23,407 nt of DNA, taken from the IMG/VR virus record IMGVR_UViG_3300028549_002288. One strand, written 5' to 3'. This DNA comes from a virus. The notes beneath the pieces were generated by a model. It did not search any database. It saw only the letters and a program-made list of their open reading frames with translations, and had not been told where the DNA came from. Below are positions 1 to 9,521 of the stretch, in pieces (the stretch's first letter is position 1; each line of letters starts with the position of its first letter). Made by a program: the position numbers and the translations under genes.

Positions 1-84
1 CATGTTATTTCTTTCTTGCCCCATAATGACGTTATCGTCAATATCCAACATTAACGGTTCGAACCAAACCGAGTTTATATTCAT
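1..84 (-). CDS. 5' end of a gene running off the left edge (MNINSVWFEPLMLDIDDNVIMGQERNNM...), function unknown
   Basis: ATG at 84-82 with AAGGAG RBS 5 nt upstream; frame open to position 1. Confidence 0.7.
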   Translation of the reverse strand, partial: MNINSVWFEPLMLDIDDNVIMGQERNNM

Positions 85-94
85 CGTAACTCCT

Positions 95-138
95 TTGACC
101 TCTTATTCTATCATTTAAGAGAGGTCAAGATTTTTTTT
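95..138. other. Imperfect hairpin (TTGACCTCT...AGAGGTCAA) followed by a plus-strand T-run, adjacent to the RBS of the downstream gene
   Basis: Inverted repeat read directly; T8 follows on the plus strand. Confidence 0.55.
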
Positions 139-139
139 A

Positions 140-1195
140 TTACCAGAAAAGCCTACCAAGTATCTTGAAGGCTTCCGATATAATACCCTCCCCTGCTTTT
201 ACGGTTAGTCTGTCCGCGACTTCGTTCGAGGCAGTGTTGTTTTTTGCCAACTGCGTATTGAGTTTGGCGTTTTCCAACTGGAGTTTCGAATTGTTTAGAA
301 TTAGTTCGTGATCAAACTGTTGTCTGTCGCTTAACAGACTGAGTTCGGCCTGAGCTATCTTTCCTTTTTCCTTATAAACATCCGCCATCGTTCGGAGGGT
401 ATCTAAATCTATGATACACTCCGCGGGGACTTTATAAAGCCCAAGCTTTTGATGAAAGACCAAAAGCTCTTTGTTACCAGGCGTATAAATTGGTATGTCT
501 TCGTAATACGCCTTAACATAAACGCCATCAAACTTTGACGGGTCTTTCGCCGATTTTAGCTCAAATATTTTCCCAAAGAGCTTGTAGTAATAAGACGTTC
601 CGGGCGTCTTATTATCCACTATATAAACCTGGTGACTATTACCCAGATTTCTTTGAGAATCGGGACTGATTCTCACGTCGCGCTTTGCTATAGGTGGTTT
701 GCCGATCGTTAGTAAGATGTTGGATATCTTGGACGGATACCCGCTACTACCGTTTTCCGCTACGTCGACATACGGGATATGCTCCACTACGACAAGTAAC
801 CTACCAGCCAGAAATGGATTTTTGGGTATTACGCACCCTAGCTCTCGTAGCTTGTTAGATACAGGACCGAAGAATTTTAAATCAGGGTCACTACCAGGAG
901 GATACCTGATAGCTCTGACTACGTATATCGTATCCTCTTTATTGCCATTATCTATTCTTGTAGCCATCAAGGCGTCCGACGAGAACCCTATAATGTCGTC
1001 TCTAGTAACGACAACTTCTCGATTGTACGGCCTGGTCGGATTAAAGTTTGTGAAAACTTCAACTATATCAAATCCAGTATACGATCCGAATTGGAACTCG
1101 GGTTTTGTAGGGTCGACGTTAGCGTCGATCAATATATTTTTGTTTCTCAACTGCCATAAAAATGGACTATTGAAGTCTTCTTCTATCGTAATCAT
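140..1195 (-). CDS. Hypothetical jumbo-phage protein with C-terminal coiled coil (positional equivalent of the gene after the MCP in phiKZ-like phages)
   Basis: 351-aa ORF, AAAGGAG RBS, heptad-like C-terminus (LILNNSKLQLENAKLNTQL); identity inferred from synteny only. Confidence 0.6.
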   Translation of the reverse strand: MITIEEDFNSPFLWQLRNKNILIDANVDPTKPEFQFGSYTGFDIVEVFTNFNPTRPYNREVVVTRDDIIGFSSDALMATRIDNGNKEDTIYVVRAIRYPPGSDPDLKFFGPVSNKLRELGCVIPKNPFLAGRLLVVVEHIPYVDVAENGSSGYPSKISNILLTIGKPPIAKRDVRISPDSQRNLGNSHQVYIVDNKTPGTSYYYKLFGKIFELKSAKDPSKFDGVYVKAYYEDIPIYTPGNKELLVFHQKLGLYKVPAECIIDLDTLRTMADVYKEKGKIAQAELSLLSDRQQFDHELILNNSKLQLENAKLNTQLAKNNTASNEVADRLTVKAGEGIISEAFKILGRLFW

Positions 1196-1222
1196 TCATA
1201 GTGCTCCTTTACATTTACATTT

Positions 1223-1236
1223 GTATAATATATGAA
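1223..1236 (-). promoter_or_regulatory. Putative early-type phage promoter TTCATATATTATAC
   Basis: Identical 14-mer at 17703-17716 upstream of the nvRNAP beta gene; resembles the phiKZ early motif TATATTAC. Confidence 0.6.
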
Positions 1237-1245
1237 CATAAAATG

Positions 1246-1285
1246 AAAAAAAACCATATCGTCTTCCCGTGCGGGAAGACGATAT
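1246..1285 (-). terminator. Intrinsic terminator after the major capsid gene
   Basis: Perfect 13-bp stem ATATCGTCTTCCC/GGGAAGACGATAT (1256-1285), 4-nt loop, then a T-run on the minus strand. Confidence 0.9.
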
Positions 1286-3334
1286 TTACATTTTCGTTGT
1301 AAATGCTTTGTATAAATTTGTTAGCGTCATGATCGCCATTATAGGAGTTGTATTGTGCATCTCGTAGCGTGGTCTGATGTAAGCCACTTTACCTATTCCA
1401 TTATTGTCCCTAATAGTAGGGACCACCATCGTAGGCGACGTGAGAGCGACTAATCCACTAAACGCTGTAACAGGTTCGTTTGGAATATCCGCAGATAGCG
1501 TAATGATTAATTTGTCTCTGAATCTTTTATCGATGAGGCCAGTTACTTGATAAACTTCAGTTTTTGTTTTTGAATTTATCGTGTCGATAATAGGCGCTAA
1601 CACTTTGGCGGTATGAGCATCGGATATGATTTTTACAATTGGAGTGGCATTAGCCTCATCTGCCAATCTTTCGGCAAATAGTGTAGAGATAATCATGTCG
1701 TCCACTTTCTTCGTCAAAAGCTCCTCTATCCATGTCCGTATAGATGTCCCAAGATCTTTCGTCTCATGGTTGTTTATTCTTTGCATTACATCGTACTCTT
1801 CTGATGTAAAGTAGTATCTTTCTCTAGGAAAGACTACGTTGTTTATAGTCAATGTGTTCTTAATGTTTGCTGGTTTGATTCCAGATTTTAACTGTGCTTC
1901 TATTTTTTGCACCAGTTTCAGTAATTTTTCTCTGAAATACTCCGCCCGAGCAAGTTTTACCCCAAGTTGAGTTTTTTCTACTTGTTTGGCAAAAGTTAAA
2001 TCTTCAGTTCCAGGTTCTGTCATGCTTCGTAGCAATCCCAAGGCTATAAATCCTGGTTTCCATCCAATCCCAATGAACCCTCGAGTACTTTCGGAATCAA
2101 GTATCGGACCGGTTTCTCTCATTCTGTCGTCTAGGACATTGTACAAAGGTTTGTACGACTGGAACTTGAGCTCTGCAATGAACTTTTTACAATCCTCAGT
2201 GAGCGGCATTTCGACGCCGTTACTATCGAACAGTACGCCCTTGACAGACATTTGCTTTGAAGTAAATAATCCACCCTTCAATGTACCTTCTACTATAATT
2301 CGAATTGAAATTCTCAATACATTAGAACCGAGCCATGCGGTGGCCGTGGAAACATTTCCATTAGCATCTAGCATATCTTTTACTAGGTCAAAACTAGGCG
2401 TGATATCTATCGCTACAGATGAATCCATACCAGCTACTGTTCCTGGAGATGTATTGTCTGGCGTATATTCTGTATCGACGGAGATAACGGATACCTTTCC
2501 TGCATCGGTAGGGTCTGTAACTTTTACGTTAATATTAGTTATTGATATATCTCGATCCAATTTGCTCAAACTGTCGTGTTCGTGGCCTTTGTTCAGAATT
2601 ACCTGTTCGTTCGCCAAGGTCAAGAAGTTTATTTGTGTATCTGCAAGAATAGGAGCGGTAAATTTACCTTCAATTAGCTCGTAGTTTGTTTTTAGCGACA
2701 AGTCTAATAGGTGCGAGTTCTTATCACTCACAATAATATCTACCCCGTTTCTTGTTAAATCGGTGAACCCGCGGTATTCGATTAAGTCATAGATGTTGAT
2801 TCTGTCTCTACTGTCCGTTCCGTACTCTTTTCGTACATCGTTGTTCTGTACATACGTAGTATAGTTAATTATCTCAATCCCACTCTGCTCGACTGGAAGC
2901 TGGATATGTTTAAATGCTTTTTCCAAAAACTCATCGGCTCTTAGATTTTCTTGAAATAACACGGCGAGATTAGCTGTTAAGTAATTCTTTAACTGACCTG
3001 CTGATTCGTTAGGTACCGAGCCTTTCGCCATGAGCACCAATTCATTATCATCTTTCCCGAAAGAAACACCGGTTGATAACTTGTTATGTATCATCGAAAG
3101 CATAATCGTGTTACGGCTAAATTTTTTATTTTTCTGATCATCTCCAAAATCGTAAGCGTCGTTGGCCATTCTCAACACAGCCTTATCTAAATACAATTCG
3201 GTCTCTTTGTCATTAACGAGATCGGAGAAATCCGCCCCGTGTTTACCCAGCGCAACTACAACTTCATTGTACCTTTCGGACGCGGTGGTGGCAACATCAC
3301 CCAAGTCGTAATTGTTCATTATCGCGTTGGTCAT
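1286..3334 (-). CDS. Major capsid protein, phiKZ gp120-like
   Basis: 682 aa; RADEFLEKAF and C-terminal RPRYEMHNTTPIMAIMTLTNL resemble conserved segments of phiKZ-type MCPs; strong terminator downstream; nvRNAP genes in the same window. Confidence 0.8.
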   Translation of the reverse strand: MTNAIMNNYDLGDVATTASERYNEVVVALGKHGADFSDLVNDKETELYLDKAVLRMANDAYDFGDDQKNKKFSRNTIMLSMIHNKLSTGVSFGKDDNELVLMAKGSVPNESAGQLKNYLTANLAVLFQENLRADEFLEKAFKHIQLPVEQSGIEIINYTTYVQNNDVRKEYGTDSRDRINIYDLIEYRGFTDLTRNGVDIIVSDKNSHLLDLSLKTNYELIEGKFTAPILADTQINFLTLANEQVILNKGHEHDSLSKLDRDISITNINVKVTDPTDAGKVSVISVDTEYTPDNTSPGTVAGMDSSVAIDITPSFDLVKDMLDANGNVSTATAWLGSNVLRISIRIIVEGTLKGGLFTSKQMSVKGVLFDSNGVEMPLTEDCKKFIAELKFQSYKPLYNVLDDRMRETGPILDSESTRGFIGIGWKPGFIALGLLRSMTEPGTEDLTFAKQVEKTQLGVKLARAEYFREKLLKLVQKIEAQLKSGIKPANIKNTLTINNVVFPRERYYFTSEEYDVMQRINNHETKDLGTSIRTWIEELLTKKVDDMIISTLFAERLADEANATPIVKIISDAHTAKVLAPIIDTINSKTKTEVYQVTGLIDKRFRDKLIITLSADIPNEPVTAFSGLVALTSPTMVVPTIRDNNGIGKVAYIRPRYEMHNTTPIMAIMTLTNLYKAFTTKM

Positions 3335-3364
3335 TTTCTTTTCCCTCTTTTTCTTTTTTTTTGT

Positions 3365-3856
3365 TTATGCATCCCGTTTAATCAAACGACACAATATCTG
3401 CACATCATTTACTTTTTCGTACAGAATATTGGCCAAATTAACTTCCAGCGGTTTACCATTCAAATAATAGTTTTTAATGGTCGAGTCAGCAACGCAGATA
3501 ACCACGTTATCGTTTTCGCCAACAAGTATATTTGTTATCTGATCTAATCCGTAGTGAGCAAACCTATCCAGCATTTTTTGCGGATATATAACATCGTCTT
3601 CCTGTTTATCTTCCTGATGTCTTTCTTTAAATTGGATAGTCTTATCAAGAAGCGTACTAAAATAATTAGTTAACAATTTAGTATGCGCTAAATCTACTTT
3701 TGTCAAAATAGAGCCTGTAGGTAGATAATCATACTGTAACAAAAAGCGTCGTGCTATATCAAACGGATCCGCTTTCGCCTCGACGATTCGTTCGTAGTTT
3801 ATAGCATCTAAAAATACTATATTTATCGAACCTACTTTGTATCCAATCTGGCTCAT
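3365..3856 (-). CDS. Hypothetical protein immediately upstream of the MCP
   Basis: 163-aa ORF, 4-bp ATGA overlap with the upstream gene. Confidence 0.7.
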   Translation of the reverse strand: MSQIGYKVGSINIVFLDAINYERIVEAKADPFDIARRFLLQYDYLPTGSILTKVDLAHTKLLTNYFSTLLDKTIQFKERHQEDKQEDDVIYPQKMLDRFAHYGLDQITNILVGENDNVVICVADSTIKNYYLNGKPLEVNLANILYEKVNDVQILCRLIKRDA

Positions 3857-4452
3857 GATTTTATATCGGTATTAATGAAATCCACGATCGTGGTTGCAAG
3901 GATTTCGTCTGCTGTCATCTTGCCGAATTTAGATCGTAACACCTCGGCCTTGGCCCATGTTTGATATCTTACCCTAACTACGGTGTCTCTTAAAACAGAG
4001 AGCTGACTTCCAGTAAGATTTATAATCATCCCTTCCGCTTTACCGTCGTCGGAAAGAACACCAACCTTTAATGTCTGTTCTGTCATTGTCGGGACCAAAG
4101 ATAGTGTCTTGGTAAGGACATCTTCCATTTCGCTACTAACCAATACTTTATACGGAACTGGTTCTTTAAAAGTCACGTATTCGAAGACTTTCTTCGCTTG
4201 TTGTTTTAAATAAGCAATTTTATCCTCTATAAGGCCGTTAATGTCGACCTCAGGGACATTCGTTTTCATCCATTCGGTAAACGTTTCTGTAATAACGGGT
4301 GGTATATTTTTGTCTGTAAAAATATACACATTGTCGTTTACGTAATATCGACGGGTCACTGTCCCGTCTTCGTTAGTCAAAAATAAAACTCTTACGTTTT
4401 TTATTTCGTCCTGTCTCACGTGTACTTCAAAAATTTCAAAAGCCATTGGCAT
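3853..4452 (-). CDS. Tail fibre assembly chaperone-like protein (DUF4376-like)
   Basis: 199 aa directly after the fibre genes; C-terminal pattern INLTGSQL...QTWAKAEVLRSKFGKMTADEI resembles DUF4376/Tfa proteins; AAGGA RBS. Confidence 0.55.
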   Translation of the reverse strand: MPMAFEIFEVHVRQDEIKNVRVLFLTNEDGTVTRRYYVNDNVYIFTDKNIPPVITETFTEWMKTNVPEVDINGLIEDKIAYLKQQAKKVFEYVTFKEPVPYKVLVSSEMEDVLTKTLSLVPTMTEQTLKVGVLSDDGKAEGMIINLTGSQLSVLRDTVVRVRYQTWAKAEVLRSKFGKMTADEILATTIVDFINTDIKS

Positions 4453-4493
4453 AATTCATCCTTTTCTTTTTTTTTCATAAAAATATTATTAAA

Positions 4494-6218
4494 CTACGGT
4501 AAAGCTCTTATTTGTTCACTATACCATTTTTTCGGAAACATCAGCAGATTGATACTTCTATATAATAACCACCCATTCGCGGAGTTGCAGTACGCGTGTC
4601 CCATTCCTTCGAATTTCCATTCGAACTTAGTCAAGTCTACAACATCTGTACATTTGATATGTAGTTCACTAGAACCAACAAACCCATACCTAATATCATT
4701 TACATAATCGGCATCCGGGGTCAAACCGCCACCGCTCGGAAGAGCTGGTGTTATTTCTTCAATTTTTTTAGTTAACATGTTATAACCATGTACTCCACCT
4801 GTCGATTCATTATAGCGCTGGTGTAAAAAAACTGAGTTGTTGATGTACTGATATGGATACCTCAACGATCTATCTAGATGGACGAGCTTCAGGTTCTGAT
4901 CTGTTGACTTTGCTATGGTGATATACGACACATCTGGTATCTCTATCGACTCCAGACATTTGAATAGTTCCACGTCGTAGAACTGTTTTTCTTTCTCTCT
5001 AGTTACACGTCCTGGATATAGAGCCAAATCGCTAACTTCCACGAAGTTATTAACTCCTTCCCACCACGCGACTGTTTCGTTAGTATCCATATTTAAAAAG
5101 TTTATTTTTAAATAATTTTCCGTACTTCTCCATGTCTCAGGACACGTCTTTAAGTCTATTAGGAAACTAACCTTCGTTTCTTGACCAGCTACGTGATCAA
5201 ATGAATATGTAGTCGTAGCCAACGTTTCTATATTAGGCTGGACATACGTATAGTTAACACCGTCTCTAGTTTCATTTGTTTCGTCAGGCACTATTTTTTC
5301 TATATAGTTCGTATCGAAGGAGTTCGTTCGCATTTTAATAACATATTTACCGGTTACGTTACCCTTAAATGTAAATTGTAAGGTCAAGAACTGTTCCGGA
5401 TATATCGACGATATATCTAATGCTCTGACCCTTACGCCGAACATCGCCAAGCTACCGGGACGCTTACCTTCAGCTGCCGGATCGGCGTAAACCGACCTGA
5501 TGCCGATACCATCGCCGTACGGGTCTGGCTTATAGAATAGTATATTTGCTCCGAAGTGAATTGGCAGATCGACACTAAATGTATCGAATATGTAAGCGGC
5601 ACCATAACCGACCCCGTCAGGAGAAAGCGTCATGACCTTTTCTTGATATAGGCTGTCTATGGATTTAAACGGCTCGTATTTCGAACTGATTGTTCCCATC
5701 TGATCTACATGGAACGCGGAGTTAATTATTAAATTACCAGTTCCGCTAGTATCAAGACCGTTAGGTCCCCTTTCTCCTTTTGCTCCTACGGAGCCTATTG
5801 TCCCATCCTTACCTCTCGTAATATTAATATATCCAATTTTATTCATTATCGTAATGAATAAAAGATCATTAACCATAGGAGTATAGTTAAGATGAACGTT
5901 CCTGTTATTCAAATTAACATTTACCTCTACGCCATCTACAATTATTTTCATAAGATTGGCTATATTTTTACCTAGACTATTAGAGACAAAGAAACCAATA
6001 GCCTTTAAATCGTTTTGGTTTACTTGTCCCGCCTCATGAGTTGAAATCTCGATTACGTTACTGGACGGGCTTTTATCCTCGTACACGACCTTTCTACTAT
6101 TTCCAATATTTATCCTCTCTACGCTGAGTCCTTTAGCATATAAAGGGGCTATTACATTATTAATAGCATTTATATCGTCGGCGTGTAGCGTATCGTCGAT
6201 ACTGAACTTCCTAATCAT
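4494..6218 (-). CDS. Tail fibre / receptor-binding protein, paralogue 3 (short collagen segment plus carbohydrate-binding-like domain)
   Basis: 574 aa; N-terminal DDTLHADDIN, (Gly-X-Y)7, NLIINSAFHVDQ, LTLQFTFKGNVTGKY and YDVELFKCLE resemble the fibre motifs NxIINGxF, TLSFxxKS and ELxxCxRY. Confidence 0.7.
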   Translation of the reverse strand: MIRKFSIDDTLHADDINAINNVIAPLYAKGLSVERINIGNSRKVVYEDKSPSSNVIEISTHEAGQVNQNDLKAIGFFVSNSLGKNIANLMKIIVDGVEVNVNLNNRNVHLNYTPMVNDLLFITIMNKIGYINITRGKDGTIGSVGAKGERGPNGLDTSGTGNLIINSAFHVDQMGTISSKYEPFKSIDSLYQEKVMTLSPDGVGYGAAYIFDTFSVDLPIHFGANILFYKPDPYGDGIGIRSVYADPAAEGKRPGSLAMFGVRVRALDISSIYPEQFLTLQFTFKGNVTGKYVIKMRTNSFDTNYIEKIVPDETNETRDGVNYTYVQPNIETLATTTYSFDHVAGQETKVSFLIDLKTCPETWRSTENYLKINFLNMDTNETVAWWEGVNNFVEVSDLALYPGRVTREKEKQFYDVELFKCLESIEIPDVSYITIAKSTDQNLKLVHLDRSLRYPYQYINNSVFLHQRYNESTGGVHGYNMLTKKIEEITPALPSGGGLTPDADYVNDIRYGFVGSSELHIKCTDVVDLTKFEWKFEGMGHAYCNSANGWLLYRSINLLMFPKKWYSEQIRALP

Positions 6219-7849
6219 ACGAATATCTCCTCTTTACCTTTGTTTGTGTACAAAGTATCCTTGCCTATGCCTGCTAAATCAGTATAATATACGAAAGCGT
6301 GTTGTCTTTTAACGGAGTAGTTTAAACTATTTCCAAGCGCCACCGACCCTGTTGTAAGTGGATAGATATGGTGTAGGTTACCTAAGGTCGCTGGGTCTAG
6401 AATATACTTGGTCGCCTTAGACCAAGTGTTATGCGGTTCTACTAAATCCGGATACGTGTCGTTCCAGAAAGTCGAATTGCCTATATAGCTTTGTAAAATA
6501 CCACTTCGAGGTCTATATTTTCTTATAGGCAAATCTAATACAACGGGCTGTGACGCGATGACATTAAATATCCTGAACGGTCGTATAGGTTCGATGTATC
6601 GCTTTACAAGATCCGTATCTTCGACGTAAGAACGCCATTTATGTTCGGACATCGGCACTGAAGTAAACGACAATTCGCTAAAGTTAAGCGATATCGCTAC
6701 AGGGTCTATTTTCGACCAATCTTTTAAACCGGAGATTGTTCTGTCTAAAACAATACCTCTAACTGTTGATGAAGAAAGCTCGTGTTTAACTCCTTCCTCC
6801 ACAATTTGTCCTGAGGAGAGCGTACATAACTGCACATTAAACCTGACACCGCTTTCCGGTTCGGCATATGCCGACCTTGTCACTGGAAAAGGTATAGAGA
6901 ATTTCTGCTCTTTATTTTCCGCAAGTCCGTTCTCGTACGTAAATCTCTTGATAATATACTCGCCGGTTACGTAATCGATAACTATGGCTGCGTAATCGCC
7001 GTTGGTGTTACCGCCGTTCTTTGTTCTCACTTCAAAAGCAAAATTTAAATAAAGCGTGTCGAACCAAGGCGTAGCCGTTACGATATCTGCCTCTCTATTT
7101 AACTCCACGTGTTGAGATATTGGAATTACTGTTTTTCCTACAGCCGGAGAAGTACCAGCTTCTAATCTGAAACAGTAAACTCCTCTGTTGCCCTTTAGAA
7201 ACGGAATGTCAGATTCTCTACTATAAAACGCATTTCGCAACGCCTTTAATTTTATATTTAGCGAAATGTCGTTTGAGTATGTAAAGAAACAATCCGCTCC
7301 ATACGCGAGCAATTCACCTTTTCCGTTATCTTTTAATACCTTTATAGGTACGTGGTCCAGATGCGCTGTATCCTCAAGACGGAGACCGTTGATTAATCTG
7401 TCGACATTACCCAAAACCCGGCCTCTATAGCCTCTTTCCCCGTATGGAGCTTTTTCTCCGTCCCTGCCGTCTTCACCTACTGTGTTTTGCACTATGGCAA
7501 ATTTATCACCGTTTCCAGATGTGTATAGGGTAACAATGTACGTTCCCGTACTGTTCTCTTTGAACGGCCTTGAGTCGCTCATCGTTATCCTGTACGGAAT
7601 TCCGTTGAATAAGACTATTGCGTAGTTTGATAAGCTTTTACCTAATGGTAAAGTCAATGCTACAACTGTCTTGTCAGGAACCGTGTTACCGTACGTATCA
7701 GTAATTACTATCTCGGCATCTTCAAACTTCACAGCTGGAATATGAAGTGCTGGATTAATATCACTATCTTCCTTTAAAAAAGAAAGTATTCTGTTCATAT
7801 CCTCAGCCGTCAATGTGTCGCCGACATGATCGATTTTGTGTTTTAACAT
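6215..7849 (-). CDS. Tail fibre / receptor-binding protein, paralogue 2
   Basis: 544 aa; GDTLTAEDMN, GEDGRDGEKAPYGERGYRG, RLING, RSYVEDTDLVKRYIE. Confidence 0.7.
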   Translation of the reverse strand: MLKHKIDHVGDTLTAEDMNRILSFLKEDSDINPALHIPAVKFEDAEIVITDTYGNTVPDKTVVALTLPLGKSLSNYAIVLFNGIPYRITMSDSRPFKENSTGTYIVTLYTSGNGDKFAIVQNTVGEDGRDGEKAPYGERGYRGRVLGNVDRLINGLRLEDTAHLDHVPIKVLKDNGKGELLAYGADCFFTYSNDISLNIKLKALRNAFYSRESDIPFLKGNRGVYCFRLEAGTSPAVGKTVIPISQHVELNREADIVTATPWFDTLYLNFAFEVRTKNGGNTNGDYAAIVIDYVTGEYIIKRFTYENGLAENKEQKFSIPFPVTRSAYAEPESGVRFNVQLCTLSSGQIVEEGVKHELSSSTVRGIVLDRTISGLKDWSKIDPVAISLNFSELSFTSVPMSEHKWRSYVEDTDLVKRYIEPIRPFRIFNVIASQPVVLDLPIRKYRPRSGILQSYIGNSTFWNDTYPDLVEPHNTWSKATKYILDPATLGNLHHIYPLTTGSVALGNSLNYSVKRQHAFVYYTDLAGIGKDTLYTNKGKEEIFV

Positions 7850-7850
7850 C

Positions 7851-9521
7851 TTATCTTAACCTCCCGTCATAGGCTATTTTATAGTCAATCCCATCGCCTA
7901 TTCCTACTCCAACTGAGTAAATACATTTTGCTGTACTATGCTGTGAAATTTTAGATCTAATCTTGAACCCGTACAGCTGGTGTTCTACTGAATCACCATT
8001 CGCCAAATACGTGCCGGTGGACTTTAACGTTCCGGATGTCGACGCAGCAAGAGAATAAATCCAGTAGCATTTGAACGGCGATGTGTCAAATTTATTTGTC
8101 TCGAAGACAATATTGTATTGTTTTGAAAACTTTGGTAGCCTGAACCTCACAGGGATCAAACCATCTCCTGTATCCTCGGCTAGTCCATTACTTACACCTC
8201 GAAGATAAGGACCGTAGCCACTTATTCCTTCGGACGAAAGAATATTTTCATAGTACACCAATGCTCTTACAGCGTCAATAGCATCTGTCTCTATCGATGT
8301 ATAATTAAAGTTGCCGTATTCGTTTAAAGCGGGTATCCTCTGTTCCATATAGCCAAAGTTGGTAAGTCCTGGACTTACAATTTCAACGCTTCCGCCTAAC
8401 TTCATATACTTCACGGCGTCTGGCGATAAACATGTTTTATTATCAGTTACTCCGTACATGTTTACATCTAACGGGTCCGAATAACAATGTCCTGTGCCGT
8501 CAAATGTCGGGGCGATGGCTACTTGAATTCCCCTTACGGAAGTTCCATCTAATGAAATATCGCTATTGTCTCTTATCGATAGTGGCTTATCAGCCACCGT
8601 GTCGTATATTGGCAAATATACCGCCATATAACCAGATACGTGTTCCGATGCTTTATACACCCAACTACGTTTTACTACTGTCTGTCTATTAGGCTTACCA
8701 AATCTCACAACGGCATCGTATTTTCCGTCGATGCTGGCTTTGAAGATAAACGATAAATACATCTTGTCGTCTCTTGCCAATAGATGACAGGCAATTCTAT
8801 TGTGAATCGGATGAACGAGTCCCGTGTTGATGTAATTCGTTGACGTTTCAACAGCTTTGTCTGCGTTAATTGTCAAACTTTGTGTAAAATTATCTGACCC
8901 TTTCCTCACAGTATACGCTACTGCATTTCCGATACTTTCGTTATAATAACCGTCGCAGATATAAATATCATTCAGTGTATTCGCCCCTGGCGGTCTTGTC
9001 TCTCTTGTCTTGAATTGCGTGATATTAAACGAACTGTTAAACATATAGTTCAACCTATCGCTAGTATACTGCTCAAACCCGATCGGACCATCTAGTCCCT
9101 TTGGTGAATCTTTACCGTCATAACCGCTCGGACCGTTTAGTTTTTTAATAGAAACAGCCCCGTCGTTTACTTGTATCGATAGGAGATCGCTAAACGAAAA
9201 TTTTGTGGATGCTATGCTGTGCTGAACCATATCCTCTTCATGAATAAATATAAGAGAATTAATACTTGCACTATCTTTGCCGTACATATTTTGTAAATCA
9301 ACAATAATGTTGAAGGGTCCGTCCGTAATTGAAACTCCTGATACTATCGTCATTGTAGAACCGACAACACTAGAAACAACACCCACATTGGATAACGATT
9401 CCATCTTCTTTTTGAATAAAATCTCACTGGCTGTATTGCCCAAGGTGTTTAACGGCTCCACAATATCTTCGTTTAATATATCGGAAGTGAGTACATCACC
9501 TACTTTAATGTCTTTCGTCAT
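7851..9521 (-). CDS. Tail fibre / receptor-binding protein, paralogue 1
   Basis: 556 aa; GDVLTSDILN, GPSGYDGKDSPKGLDGPIG, NYMFNSSFNITQ, YLSFIFKASIDGKY. Confidence 0.7.
   Translation of the reverse strand: MTKDIKVGDVLTSDILNEDIVEPLNTLGNTASEILFKKKMESLSNVGVVSSVVGSTMTIVSGVSITDGPFNIIVDLQNMYGKDSASINSLIFIHEEDMVQHSIASTKFSFSDLLSIQVNDGAVSIKKLNGPSGYDGKDSPKGLDGPIGFEQYTSDRLNYMFNSSFNITQFKTRETRPPGANTLNDIYICDGYYNESIGNAVAYTVRKGSDNFTQSLTINADKAVETSTNYINTGLVHPIHNRIACHLLARDDKMYLSFIFKASIDGKYDAVVRFGKPNRQTVVKRSWVYKASEHVSGYMAVYLPIYDTVADKPLSIRDNSDISLDGTSVRGIQVAIAPTFDGTGHCYSDPLDVNMYGVTDNKTCLSPDAVKYMKLGGSVEIVSPGLTNFGYMEQRIPALNEYGNFNYTSIETDAIDAVRALVYYENILSSEGISGYGPYLRGVSNGLAEDTGDGLIPVRFRLPKFSKQYNIVFETNKFDTSPFKCYWIYSLAASTSGTLKSTGTYLANGDSVEHQLYGFKIRSKISQHSTAKCIYSVGVGIGDGIDYKIAYDGRLR

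Noticed and set aside
1167-1199. Out-of-frame ATG 4 nt upstream of the 351-aa start, giving MNDYDRRRLQ*
   Set aside because: RBS spacing of 4 nt is poor compared with 8 nt for the main ATG; no support for function
4494-9521. Diversity-generating retroelement or invertible tail-fibre switch
   Set aside because: No reverse transcriptase or invertase, no near-identical nucleotide repeats seen, and all three genes are complete and co-oriented
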